Shown: one piece after another, positions 51,746 through 60,909 of the stretch
Numbering within the stretch: the first letter of the stretch is position 1
Layout: each line of letters starts with the position of its first letter
Program-made: the position numbers and the translations under genes
Origin: Candidatus Nanopelagicales bacterium
GTDB lineage: Bacteria > Actinomycetota > Actinomycetes > S36-B12 > CAIYMF01
Direction of reading: 5' to 3'
Assembly (NCBI GenBank): GCA_025351185.1
Contig: JANXWJ010000094.1
Location: forward strand, 5,172-69,171
Length of the DNA stretch: 64,000 nucleotides
The notes under the pieces: generated by a model
The model's input: the letters and a program-made list of their open reading frames with translations, nothing else
What the model was told of the DNA's origin: nothing
The model's database searches: none

Positions 51746-52749
51746 ATGTCGTCCTTCCCGCGTCCCTCCGTCCGCGAACGATCCGCCGCCCCGCGCCTCA
51801 TCGCCGGCGTGGTGGCAGTCGTGATCGCACTCGTCGTGGGCATCAGCCTGCTCTCCGGCGTCGTCGCCAAGACCGGACCCGGCGAGGTGGCCGTGATCCG
51901 CAACGGCGGCCCGGCGGCCTCGCAGATCCGCCTCGTCCTGCAGCCCGCATCGAGCCTCACCTGGGCCGGCTTCTTCCACTCGACGCACGCCTACCCCGCG
52001 TCGCAGCGCTTCTACACGATCACGGCCGACCCGTCCGGTGGTGACAAGCCGGGTGTCGACGTCGAGTCCGTCCCCACGAGAGACGGTGTGCAGGTGGGGA
52101 TCGAAGCCACGGTCTACTTCACCCTCAACACTGATCCGTCGGTGCTCTCGAACTTCGATGACAAGTACGGCAACCGCACGTTCCGGTCGTTCGACGGGCA
52201 GCAGCTCTTCGCGTGGGAAGGCGCGGACGGCTGGTCGGCGTTCCTCGACCAGATCGTGCGCCCGGTCATCTCCAACAACTTCCGCGAGCAGATCGGCAAC
52301 TTCCGCTGCCAGGATCTCGTGTCGTCGTGCGCGCTCGTCCAGAACAACAGCTCCGTCACGGGCAGCAGTGCGGTGGCGTCGGACTCGAACCAGAACAACG
52401 TCAACATCGCCCAGGTGCAGGAGTCGGTGCGACAGGGGTTGATCGCCGACGTGTCGAGGACTCTCGGTGGCGCGTTCATCGAGAACTTCCAGGTCAACCT
52501 CGTGAAGATCAGCCTGCCCGACAACGTCCAGACCGCGGTCAACAACGCCCAGGCAGCGTTCGCGCAGGTGACCGAGGCCCAGGCCAAGGTGCAGTCGGCC
52601 AAGGCCGAGGCGCAGGCCAACGAGCAACGCCGAAGGGGTACGCCGCGTGCCCCGCCTGCGCCGCGATCGACCAGCTCAAGGCGATCCCCTCGACCATCAC
52701 GACGTACGCACCGGGAGCCGGCTTCGCCGTGACCTCCACCGGCAGGTAG
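51746..52749 (+). pseudogene. SPFH/Band 7 family protein with a 1-nt frameshift near the C-terminus (mutation or sequencing error)
   Basis: TM segment, GEVAVIRNGG, VPTRDGVQVGIEATVYFTLN, coiled-coil AQAKVQSAKAEAQAN. Gene-like coding continues in another frame from about 52632: KGYAACPACAAIDQLKAIPSTITTYAPGAGFAVTSTGR* (TAG 52749). Confidence 0.75.
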
Positions 52750-52762
52750 CGGTCTCGAGCCC

Positions 52763-52816
52763 CCCGAGATGTGTAGTCACACCATTGTCCAGCAACGCGT
52801 GGCTACACATCTCGGG
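52763..52816. terminator. 18-bp-arm hairpin after the SPFH gene
   Basis: cccgagatgtgtagtcac / gtggctacacatctcggg (17/18). Confidence 0.65.
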
Positions 52817-52891
52817 AAGGCCATCGCGCGGATGTACGCCTGCGGGTGCGCAACGGCTGCCTCGGGGCGCGGTTGTCGATAGCGTCGCGGC

Positions 52892-53710
52892 GTGACCGAC
52901 TCCTCTGACCTGCTGATGTCTGATCCCGCTGCTGCCGCTACGGAGGCCGCCGCCGAGCTGGCCCGCCTGACCGGCGTCGAGCGGCACGACGTGGCGCTCG
53001 TCCTGGGCTCCGGGTGGGTGCCCGCCGCCGAGCTCATCGGCGAGACGGTCGCCGACCTGTCGATCACCGACCTCCCGCACTTCGCGCCGCCCGCTGTCGC
53101 CGGTCACGCCGGCCGCGTGCGCAGCGTTCGCGCCGGCAGCACCCGCGCCCTGGTCTTCCTCGGGCGTACGCACTACTACGAGCAGCGCGGCGTCGAGGCG
53201 GTCGTGCACGGCGTGCGCACCGCCGCCGCGGCCGGCTGCCGCGTCATCGTGCTGACCAACGGGTGCGGTGGCCTCGACCCCACGTGGACACCCGGCACAC
53301 CGGTGCTCATCAGCGACCACCTCAACCTCACGGGCGCATCCCCTCTGCGCGGTGCGACATTCATCGACCTGACCGACCTCTACTCCTCGCGGCTCCGCGC
53401 TAAGTGCCGCGAGATCGAGCCGTCGCTGCCCGAGGGCGTCTATGCGCAGTTCCGCGGTCCGCAGTACGAGACACCGGCCGAGGTGCGCATGGCCGGCGTC
53501 ATCGGCGCCCAGCTGGTCGGGATGTCGACTGCTCTCGAGGCGATCGCGGCGCGCGAGGCCGGCCTGGAGATCCTCGGTCTGTCACTCGTCACCAACCTCG
53601 CCGCCGGCATGACCGGCGAGCCGCTCAACCACGAGGAGGTCCTCGAGGCCGGCCGGGCGGCAGCCGAGCGCATGGGTCACCTGCTCGCCCAGGTGGTGCC
53701 TGCCCTGTGA
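52892..53710 (+). CDS. punA: Purine-nucleoside phosphorylase
   Basis: VLGSGW, GHAG, GRTHYYE, TNGCGG, ISDHLN, GPQYETPAE, VGMST, VTNLAAG, NHEEV. Confidence 0.96.
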   Translation: MTDSSDLLMSDPAAAATEAAAELARLTGVERHDVALVLGSGWVPAAELIGETVADLSITDLPHFAPPAVAGHAGRVRSVRAGSTRALVFLGRTHYYEQRGVEAVVHGVRTAAAAGCRVIVLTNGCGGLDPTWTPGTPVLISDHLNLTGASPLRGATFIDLTDLYSSRLRAKCREIEPSLPEGVYAQFRGPQYETPAEVRMAGVIGAQLVGMSTALEAIAAREAGLEILGLSLVTNLAAGMTGEPLNHEEVLEAGRAAAERMGHLLAQVVPAL

Positions 53711-55404
53711 GCGTCGACGCCGCGCTCGTGCCGGATCCCACCTTGATCGACCGGGCTCGCGCCTGGCTCGCCGACGACATCGACCCTGACACGCGTACGG
53801 CTCTCGACCGCCTGCTCGACGCCGCCGGGAGCGGCGACGAGGGAGCAGCCACCGAGCTTCTCGACGCGTTCGACGGACGGCTGGAGTTCGGCACGGCCGG
53901 TCTCCGCGGTGCTCTCGGTCCCGGCCCGAACCGGATGAACCGCGCCGTCGTGACGAGGGCGGCCGCGGGTCTCGCTGCGTATCTCCACGCGGCGACACCG
54001 GGCGGCGAGACCCGACCGGTCGTCATCGGCTACGACGCGCGTCACAAGTCCGACGCGTTCGCGCGTGACACCGCCGAGGTGCTGGAAGGGGCCGGGATCC
54101 ACGCGCTCGTCCTTCCGCACGCGCTGCCGACTCCCGTTCTCGCGTATGCGATCCGACACCTCGGTGCGGCGGCGGGCGTCATGGTCACCGCGAGCCACAA
54201 CCCGCCTCAGGACAACGGCTACAAGGTCTATCTCGGTGACGGCACCCAGATCGTGCCGCCCTCCGACAGCGACATCAGCAGGCACATCGATGCAGTCGGT
54301 GCGGTGCGCGACGTTTCCCGCGGCGACGGTTGGACGACGTTGGGCGGCGACGTGCTCGCGGCCTATCTCGACGCCGTGGTGTCCCTCGTCGCGACAGACT
54401 CCCCGCGCGCGGTCACGATCGCCTACACGCCGATGCACGGTGTCGGCGGCGACGTGATGGTGCAGGCGCTACTGCGAGCCGGGTTCCCCGCGCCGCGCGT
54501 GGTCGCAGCGCAGTTCGCGCCCGACCCGGACTTCCCCACGGTGTCCTTCCCCAACCCCGAGGAGCCGGGTGCGATGGACCTCGCCCTCGAGGAGGGTGTC
54601 GAGGTCGACGCTGATGTCGTCATTGCCAACGACCCCGACGCCGACCGGTGCGCCGCAGCGGTGCCGACCAGCGACCGCGGTGCGCACGGCGGACCCGCCT
54701 ATCGCATGCTCCGCGGCGACGAGCTCGGCTGGCTGCTCGGCTGGTGGCTGCACGAGCGCGGCGCGACCGGAGTCTTCGCCAACTCCATCGTGTCGTCGTC
54801 GCTGCTCTCGAAGATGGCGGCGTCCTACGGCGTGGAGCATCGCGAGACGCTCACCGGGTTCAAGTGGATCGGGCGCATCCCCGGGCTCGCGTTCGGCTAC
54901 GAGGAGGCGCTCGGCTACTGCGTCGACTCCGCCGATGTCGCAGACAAGGACGGCGTGAGCGCCGCTCTGCGCGTGGTCGAGATGGTGGCATGGCTCAAGG
55001 CGCAGGGGCGCACGGTGCACGACGTGCTCGACGACCTCGCCGTCGAGTACGGGGTGCACGCGACCGATCAGCTGTCGGTGCGCGTCGACGACCTCTCGCT
55101 CATCAGCGCCGCGATGTCACGGCTGCGGGCCACACCACCGACCGAGGTCGCCGGGCTCGAGGTGGAGGCGTTCGAGGACCTCGAGGACGGCCTCGACGGT
55201 CTGCCCCCGACCGACGGGGTCCGGCTGCGCCTCGCGCAGCACACCCGGGTCATCGTGCGTCCGAGTGGCACGGAGCCCAAGCTCAAGTGCTATCTCGAGG
55301 TGGTCGTGCCGGTGACGAGCGACGTCGAGGCCTCCCGACTGATCGCAGCGCACCGTCTCCAGGAGCTCAAGTCCGGCATGGCCGCGACCCTCGGTCTGCG
55401 CTGA
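53707..55404 (+). CDS. Phosphomannomutase/phosphoglucomutase family (phosphopentomutase-like context)
   Basis: LEFGTAGLRG, VTASHNP, DPDADR, GYEEALGY, RPSGTEPKLKCY; GTGA overlap with punA. Confidence 0.94.
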   Translation: MSVDAALVPDPTLIDRARAWLADDIDPDTRTALDRLLDAAGSGDEGAATELLDAFDGRLEFGTAGLRGALGPGPNRMNRAVVTRAAAGLAAYLHAATPGGETRPVVIGYDARHKSDAFARDTAEVLEGAGIHALVLPHALPTPVLAYAIRHLGAAAGVMVTASHNPPQDNGYKVYLGDGTQIVPPSDSDISRHIDAVGAVRDVSRGDGWTTLGGDVLAAYLDAVVSLVATDSPRAVTIAYTPMHGVGGDVMVQALLRAGFPAPRVVAAQFAPDPDFPTVSFPNPEEPGAMDLALEEGVEVDADVVIANDPDADRCAAAVPTSDRGAHGGPAYRMLRGDELGWLLGWWLHERGATGVFANSIVSSSLLSKMAASYGVEHRETLTGFKWIGRIPGLAFGYEEALGYCVDSADVADKDGVSAALRVVEMVAWLKAQGRTVHDVLDDLAVEYGVHATDQLSVRVDDLSLISAAMSRLRATPPTEVAGLEVEAFEDLEDGLDGLPPTDGVRLRLAQHTRVIVRPSGTEPKLKCYLEVVVPVTSDVEASRLIAAHRLQELKSGMAATLGLR

Positions 55405-55463
55405 TCCAGCCCCCGTGTGATTCGCCCGGTCAAGGACGGCGGGCCGGCTGCCGATGAGGCTGC

Positions 55464-56009
55464 ATGACGACGACGGGGGTCCTTGCCGGTTGGTACACCG
55501 ATCCGCTCGAGCCAGCGACGACGCTGCGCTACTGGAGCGGTGCCGAGTGGACCGAGCACGTCGCACCGCGGGCGCAGGTCGCGCCACCCTCGACGGGCTA
55601 TGACCCGTCGGCGCCGATGCCCTACGCACGACCACCGTACGGACAGCCGCCCCACGGAGCCGCCGCTCCTGCCTGGGCGACGCACGGATCAGTGCCTCAC
55701 GGATCGGCACCCTACGGACCACCGAGCGGCCAGGGCGAGCATCCCTCCGACGCCCTGCACTGGATCGTGCCGACCGGACGCTCCTGGCAGACCATCGCGG
55801 CGGGCTATGTCGGGCTGGTCTCGTTGCTGCTCTTCCCCCTCGGCCCGGTCGCGATCGTCCTGGGCGTCCTGGGTCTGCGTGCCGCGTCGCGGCAGGGATC
55901 GCACGGACGCGGTCGGGCCATCTTCGGGATCGTCGCCGGCGTCATCGCCACCATCATCGGGATCGCGGTCCTCATCGACGTCCTCAACGGACCCGGCCAC
56001 CCCCGCTGA
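55464..56009 (+). CDS. DUF2510 + DUF4190 membrane protein
   Basis: AGWYTDP....LRYWSGAEWT; Pro-rich linker; two TM segments with GRGRAIFGI. Confidence 0.85.
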   Translation: MTTTGVLAGWYTDPLEPATTLRYWSGAEWTEHVAPRAQVAPPSTGYDPSAPMPYARPPYGQPPHGAAAPAWATHGSVPHGSAPYGPPSGQGEHPSDALHWIVPTGRSWQTIAAGYVGLVSLLLFPLGPVAIVLGVLGLRAASRQGSHGRGRAIFGIVAGVIATIIGIAVLIDVLNGPGHPR

Positions 56010-56010
56010 G

Positions 56011-56034
56011 CCCACTGACCCACTGACCCACTGA
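56011..56034 (+). repeat. Tandem repeat (cccactga) x3
   Basis: Three exact 8-mers immediately after the DUF2510 gene stop. Confidence 0.8.
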
Positions 56035-56112
56035 GCCCGTTGATCAGCCGGACCCTGCTCACTCGGCTGAGCCCACCGACCCCACGCCTGGTCAGTTGGC
56101 CTGGGGGGAGCC

Positions 56113-56127
56113 ACTGGTCCAACCAGT
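56113..56127. promoter_or_regulatory. FadR-type operator
   Basis: Perfect palindrome ACTGGT-cca-ACCAGT (TGGT-N3-ACCA core), 36 nt upstream of the FadR-family gene. Confidence 0.75.
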
Positions 56128-56163
56128 TGACCGCAAGGTCAGGCTGGGCCACACTCCTGCGTC

Positions 56164-56934
56164 ATGACGGTCCCTCGACCTGCCGGCCCCGGCTATCTCG
56201 CCGATCCCGTGCTGCGCCCTGCGACGGTCGCGGATGCTGTGTTCACCCGACTGCGCGACGCTGTGCTCTCCGGCGACCTGGCTCCCGGTGACCCGCTCCC
56301 GGGCGAGCGGGACCTGGCCGAGTCGTTCGGCGTCAACCGCCACGCGGTCCGCGAGGCGCTACGCCGCCTCGAGCAGGTCCGGCTCGTGGCGGTGCGCCAG
56401 GGCGAGCAGACCCGGGTCCTGGACTGGCGGCGTACGTCAGGGCTCGATCTCGTTCTCGGCCTCGTCGACGGCGACGTGCTCGACACCCCGACCCTGACGC
56501 GCGACATGCTCGAGATGCGCGCGTGTCTCGGTGCCGACGCGGCTCGACTGGCCGCCGATCGGGCCGATCCGGCAGCGCGCCGAGCGGTGATGGACGCCGT
56601 GCGCGCCTATGACGATGCAGTGTCCGACATCGCCGACCTGCACGACGCCGACATCGCGTTCTGGCGGGCCATCGTGGAGGCCAGCGACAACGTCGCCTAC
56701 CTGCTGACGTTCAACAGCCTGGTCAGCCACGCGTTGGCGATCGCGCCCGTGCCGAGCGACCACCGCGCCGACGAGCTGCTGGACATCGCGTCGCACCGCC
56801 AGCTGGCTGGCCACATCCTCGAAGGACGGTCGGCCGACGCGCACCGCGTGGCGACGTCGCTGCTCACCCGCAGCATCCCGCTGCTCGAGCACCACGATCC
56901 CGTGACACCCTCTGCCGCAGGAGAACGCACATGA
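56164..56934 (+). CDS. GntR/FadR-family transcriptional regulator
   Basis: PGDPLPGERDLAESFGVNRHAVREALRRLE wHTH; FCD with D..FW..IVEASDNVAY.L..NS. Confidence 0.93.
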   Translation: MTVPRPAGPGYLADPVLRPATVADAVFTRLRDAVLSGDLAPGDPLPGERDLAESFGVNRHAVREALRRLEQVRLVAVRQGEQTRVLDWRRTSGLDLVLGLVDGDVLDTPTLTRDMLEMRACLGADAARLAADRADPAARRAVMDAVRAYDDAVSDIADLHDADIAFWRAIVEASDNVAYLLTFNSLVSHALAIAPVPSDHRADELLDIASHRQLAGHILEGRSADAHRVATSLLTRSIPLLEHHDPVTPSAAGERT

Positions 56935-57776
56935 TCATCATCTTGGTCGCCATCCCGATGTTCGTGCTGTTCCTCGCCATCGAGGCGATCTCCTACAAGT
57001 ACCTCCCCGCCGACGACGAGCTCGGCTATGAGCTGCGGGACACCGCGACGAGCCTGTCGATGGGTCTCGGCTCTCGCGTGTGGGGACTGCTCTGGGACGT
57101 CGTCGCCCTGCTCGGGCTCAGTGCGGTCTATGCCCTCTCCCCGTTGCGCATCGAGATGTCGCACTGGTGGGCGTGGGTGCTGCTGCTGTTCGGCGAGGAC
57201 CTCTGCTACTACGCGTTCCACCGCGGCTCGCACCGCATCCGGCTGTTCTGGGCCAGCCACGTCGTGCACCACTCCAGCCAGCGCTACAACTTCTCGACCG
57301 CACTGCGTCAGGAGTGGACCGGGCTCGGCACCTTCATCTTCTGGATCCCGTTGGCAGCAGTGGGATTCCCGGTGTGGGCGATCTACCTGCAGCAGTCGGT
57401 CTCGCTGCTCTACCAGTTCTTCCTGCACACCGAGCGCATCGACAAGCTGCCGCGCATGATCGAGGCGGTCATGAACACGCCGTCGCACCACCGCGTGCAC
57501 CACGGCATCAACAACCACTACCTCGACAAGAACTACGCCGGCATCCTCATCATCTGGGACCGCCTCCTCGGCACGTTCGAGCCCGAGGTCGAGCGGCCCC
57601 GTTACGGCATCACCACGCAGCTGACCACCCACAACCCAATCCGGGTCGGCTTCCACGAGTGGTACGCGATCGGCCACGACGTACGCCAGGCGTCGCGCCT
57701 GCGGGATCGTGTCGGCCACGTGCTCCGGGGTCCCGGCTGGGCGCCGGCCACGGGCGATCGCGTTGTCGCCGCATGA
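56931..57776 (+). CDS. Fatty-acid hydroxylase/sterol desaturase family, alkylglycerol monooxygenase-like
   Basis: His boxes YYAFHRGSH, SHVVHHSS.RYNFSTALRQ, LYQFFLHTE, NTPSHHRVHHG...DKNYAGILIIWDRLLGTF; ATGA overlap with FadR. Confidence 0.92.
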   Translation: MIIILVAIPMFVLFLAIEAISYKYLPADDELGYELRDTATSLSMGLGSRVWGLLWDVVALLGLSAVYALSPLRIEMSHWWAWVLLLFGEDLCYYAFHRGSHRIRLFWASHVVHHSSQRYNFSTALRQEWTGLGTFIFWIPLAAVGFPVWAIYLQQSVSLLYQFFLHTERIDKLPRMIEAVMNTPSHHRVHHGINNHYLDKNYAGILIIWDRLLGTFEPEVERPRYGITTQLTTHNPIRVGFHEWYAIGHDVRQASRLRDRVGHVLRGPGWAPATGDRVVAA

Positions 57777-58483
57777 CCGCACTCGACAGCGCCCTGCCCA
57801 CGGAGCGCCGCCGGATCCTGGTGGCGTTCCTCGGGATAGCGGTCGTCGATGTCGTCGCCGAGCTCACCGACCTCGATGTGATTGCCAACCTGGCCAAGCC
57901 ACTGCTCATCCCGGCGCTCATCTGGTGGGTCCTCGCCGTACTCGGTCCCGCGGCCCCGCGGCTCCTCGTCGGTGGCCTGGTGCTCGCCTGGCTCGGCGAC
58001 CTCGCGCTCCTGCTCCCCGGTGACACGGCGTTCATCGTCGGGCTGCTGCTCTTCCTCGGCATGCAGGTCTGCTACTCCCGCGGGTTCATCGGTCTCGGCG
58101 GGATCGCGGCACTGCGATCGGCGCGGTGGCTGCCGGTCGTGGGTGCGGCTCTCTGGGTCGGCCTCAACGTCGCGCTCGGCCCGTCGCTCGGCTCGCTGCG
58201 TCTGCCGCTGCTGGTCTACAGCGCGGCGCTCACCACGATGGCCGTGCTCACGTTCGGCGTCTCACTCGGGGTCCACAGCCCTCGCCTCGGCATCGGCGGC
58301 GTGACCTTCCTCGTGTCCGACCTGCTCATCGGCCTCGACGCCGCAGGGATCGACGTACCCCTGCACGGTCCCCTCGTCATGGCGACCTACGTCGTCGGGC
58401 AGCTGCTGATCGTCACCGGCTGGGTCGCCGCACAACGGCTCGCCACCACCGAGACCGCTGCCGTCGCGACCGCAGAGGCGTAA
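57773..58483 (+). CDS. Lysoplasmalogenase (YhhN family)
   Basis: KPLLIP, WLGDLALL, PLLVYSAAL..M, FLVSDLLIG, VMATYVVGQ; ATGA overlap with the desaturase. Confidence 0.9.
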   Translation: MTALDSALPTERRRILVAFLGIAVVDVVAELTDLDVIANLAKPLLIPALIWWVLAVLGPAAPRLLVGGLVLAWLGDLALLLPGDTAFIVGLLLFLGMQVCYSRGFIGLGGIAALRSARWLPVVGAALWVGLNVALGPSLGSLRLPLLVYSAALTTMAVLTFGVSLGVHSPRLGIGGVTFLVSDLLIGLDAAGIDVPLHGPLVMATYVVGQLLIVTGWVAAQRLATTETAAVATAEA

Positions 58484-58590
58484 CCCCGCATCGTGTCCGG
58501 GCTCGCCGGTGTGGGGCGTGCCCAGGGGACCGGGCTCCGTCGGAGGCGGTCTGGTCGGGCACTGCTGGTGATCGACGGTGGCCCTGCTGG

Positions 58591-59985
58591 TCAGGGCCGA
58601 GGTCTCGGTGGGGTGAACGCCCAGTAGCCGGTCGCGGTCGGCGGCAGATCGGTCGCGGTGATGACCCAACCGCCCTCGTGGACGTAGTGGTGATGGAGCG
58701 GGCAGAGCAGGACGAGGTTGTCGATGTCGGTGGCGCCCCCGCTCTCCCAGGGGTTCACGTGGTGGGCGTGGGTGCGGCTGACGTCGACCCGGCAGCCGGG
58801 GAAGCAGCAGTGCCGGTCGCGGTGCTCCAACGCCCGACGGAGCCGCGGCGACACGGTGCGCTGCTCGCGTCCGACGTAGAGCACGTCGTGGGACGCCTCT
58901 CGCAACCACGCCACCAGCTCGGCGAGGCTGTCTCCCCGGTCGGAACAGGTGAGGCGCCGCGCGAGGATCCCGGTGACCATCGCATCGCACATCATCCGAC
59001 GCACGGTGGTGGACGGCAGGAGGATCGGATCGTCGTGGCCGGGGACGAGCAGCTCTCCTCCGCGTCCGGAGAGGATGTCGGCGAGGTCGGCGGTCAGCAC
59101 GATGTGCGGCTTGGCCTGGTGACGCGTGCCCAGGAGCCCGGTCTCGAGCTGGCGGCGCGAGAGCTCGACGAGCGCCAACGCCATCAGGTGGGCACGCCTC
59201 GGCCGGCGCATCCGGCGGCCCTCCGCCGACTCCGGGTCGACGCCTTCGGGCAGGCGATCCTCCACGGGCAACGACCCCGTGCGGAACCACTCGTCGATGA
59301 TCTGGTCCAACGCCGTGGCCACGGTGGCGCCGCCCTCGGCGTCGAGCCATCCGTCGACTCGGACCATCGCACCTGTCGCAATGACCCGCATCGTCTGGTC
59401 CTCGTGCGCGGCGAGCGCTGCCGCCGTGGTGCCGTCAGCGTCGAGGTAGAACCGGATCCGCGTGGCTGCCTTCTTCACCTTTGCCACCGTCGCGGTGCCG
59501 GCCAGCTCGACCAGGACCCGCTCCGCAACGTCCCGCTGCTCCGCGAGGTGCTCCTTCGGGAGGCCGCGCAGCGCAGTGTCGAGACCGCAGGTGATCTCCC
59601 GCGCATGTGCGCCCGTGATCAGACCGGCAAGCAGCGCCTCCCGGGTGACGGGGTAGTCCGAAGCCAGCGCCGACGCACGCGCGAGGATGGTCGTCGCATC
59701 GGATCGGGAGATGCCGACCTCGTTCTCCAGCCACCGCGGGGTCGACACGTATCCCTCGGCTGCGAGCGCCCCGGAGCGGTGCAGCACCCCAGCGCCGATC
59801 GTCATCACCGACGTCGCAGCATCGGCAGACTGTGCCGCGGAGGAAACGAGGTCTGACAGCGAGGCCGCGGACACCGCTGTCCACGCGCCCGCCGACGTCA
59901 GCGCCGCCAACCGCGACGTGACCTGGGCGAGCTCACCCAACGTGACCACCAGATCGGTGGCCAGCGTGGACGGGTGCGAGGTCAT
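58591..59985 (-). CDS. DUF222 + HNH endonuclease (13E12-repeat family)
   Basis: LDAEGGA....ALD, RRMMCDA, VGREQR.....RRALEHRDRHCCFPGC....HAHHVNPW..GGATDIDNLVLLCPLHH..VH. Confidence 0.92.
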   Translation of the reverse strand: MTSHPSTLATDLVVTLGELAQVTSRLAALTSAGAWTAVSAASLSDLVSSAAQSADAATSVMTIGAGVLHRSGALAAEGYVSTPRWLENEVGISRSDATTILARASALASDYPVTREALLAGLITGAHAREITCGLDTALRGLPKEHLAEQRDVAERVLVELAGTATVAKVKKAATRIRFYLDADGTTAAALAAHEDQTMRVIATGAMVRVDGWLDAEGGATVATALDQIIDEWFRTGSLPVEDRLPEGVDPESAEGRRMRRPRRAHLMALALVELSRRQLETGLLGTRHQAKPHIVLTADLADILSGRGGELLVPGHDDPILLPSTTVRRMMCDAMVTGILARRLTCSDRGDSLAELVAWLREASHDVLYVGREQRTVSPRLRRALEHRDRHCCFPGCRVDVSRTHAHHVNPWESGGATDIDNLVLLCPLHHHYVHEGGWVITATDLPPTATGYWAFTPPRPRP

Positions 59986-60212
59986 GCCAGAAACACTACC
60001 GACCACCTCCGACAGTGAACCCCCGCCGAGAGCCGTTGGGCAACAACTACTTTCAGCGATCTATCACTACCGTCCGAGATCACTCCGAGGGCGCACGCGT
60101 CCCACCTTGCAGCTGTGGACGACGCGCCCATTGACCATCCTGTGGATGCCGAGCACCAGTGCAAGGGCGAACGGGGCCGAGGTCGAGGCCCGGCTCTTCC
60201 CATCGACTCACC

Positions 60213-60284
60213 CACTCGCGAGGTCACCGCGCGCTCGGCCCTCAGACGCACTCGCGAGGTCGCCGCGCGCCCGTCCCTCAGACG
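60213..60284 (+). repeat. 36-bp tandem duplication (33/36) spanning the GNAT stop codon
   Basis: cactcgcgaggtcaccgcgcgctcggccctcagacg / cactcgcgaggtcgccgcgcgcccgtccctcagacg, with no spacer. Confidence 0.85.
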
Positions 60285-60826
60285 TCGAGGTCGTCGCGGA
60301 GGAACGAGTAGCCGAACAGGTCGTGGCGACCGTCGGCACGCTCTTGCGCCGAGCGCAGGACGCCCTCCTGGGTGAAGCCGGCGCGCTCGAGCGCCCGCTG
60401 CTCCCCGATGTTCTCGACATCGGTCGAGGCCTCGATGCGGTCGACGTACGTCGTGTCCAGCAGCCACTCGGCGAGCAGCCGTTGCGCGACCGATCCGATG
60501 CCGTGACCTCGCACCGCCTCGATGAGACCGATGCCGATGTTCCACGCGTGCGATCCAGGGGTCGGGCCATATCTTTCGAGGTGCCACGACACCATGCCGA
60601 CCACCGCAGCGATGCCAGCGGCGTCGGTCACCTCGACGAGATAGCGGCCGAGGCCCCGTGGCTCCTCCCGGTCACCGTCGGGCCAGTCCTCGTAGGGCGA
60701 CGGGGTGTCGGGTGAGAGGTCCTTGTCCCACGGCACGAGCGAGACCCGCAGGCCCTTGGGCGTCATCCCGTGAGTGACCACCCGTGACCGGTGATCGCTG
60801 AGATCGATGCTGTGCCCCTCGTCCAC
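60278..60826 (-). CDS. GNAT acetyltransferase (RimJ/RimL-like)
   Basis: WNIGIGL....RGHGIGS.AQRLLAEWLL, IEASTDVENIGEQRALERAGFTQEGVLR. Confidence 0.9.
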   Translation of the reverse strand: MDEGHSIDLSDHRSRVVTHGMTPKGLRVSLVPWDKDLSPDTPSPYEDWPDGDREEPRGLGRYLVEVTDAAGIAAVVGMVSWHLERYGPTPGSHAWNIGIGLIEAVRGHGIGSVAQRLLAEWLLDTTYVDRIEASTDVENIGEQRALERAGFTQEGVLRSAQERADGRHDLFGYSFLRDDLDV

Positions 60827-60909
60827 GCCGCGATCATGCCCAACCGCGGCGACCGACGCAGCCCGACGCGCAGATGCACCGGGCCAGCGCGTCGAGCGCG
60901 CAGCGTCGA

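Noticed and set aside
52620-52640. Programmed -1 frameshift in the SPFH gene
   Set aside because: No canonical X-XXY-YYZ slippery heptamer; a simple 1-nt loss restores a sensible Gln codon.
60111-60150. DnaA-box-like tgtggacga / tgtggatgc
   Set aside because: Too degenerate relative to TGTGGATAA; no oriC context.
60213-60284. 36-bp repeat pair as a mini-CRISPR
   Set aside because: Only two units, no spacer, no cas genes.
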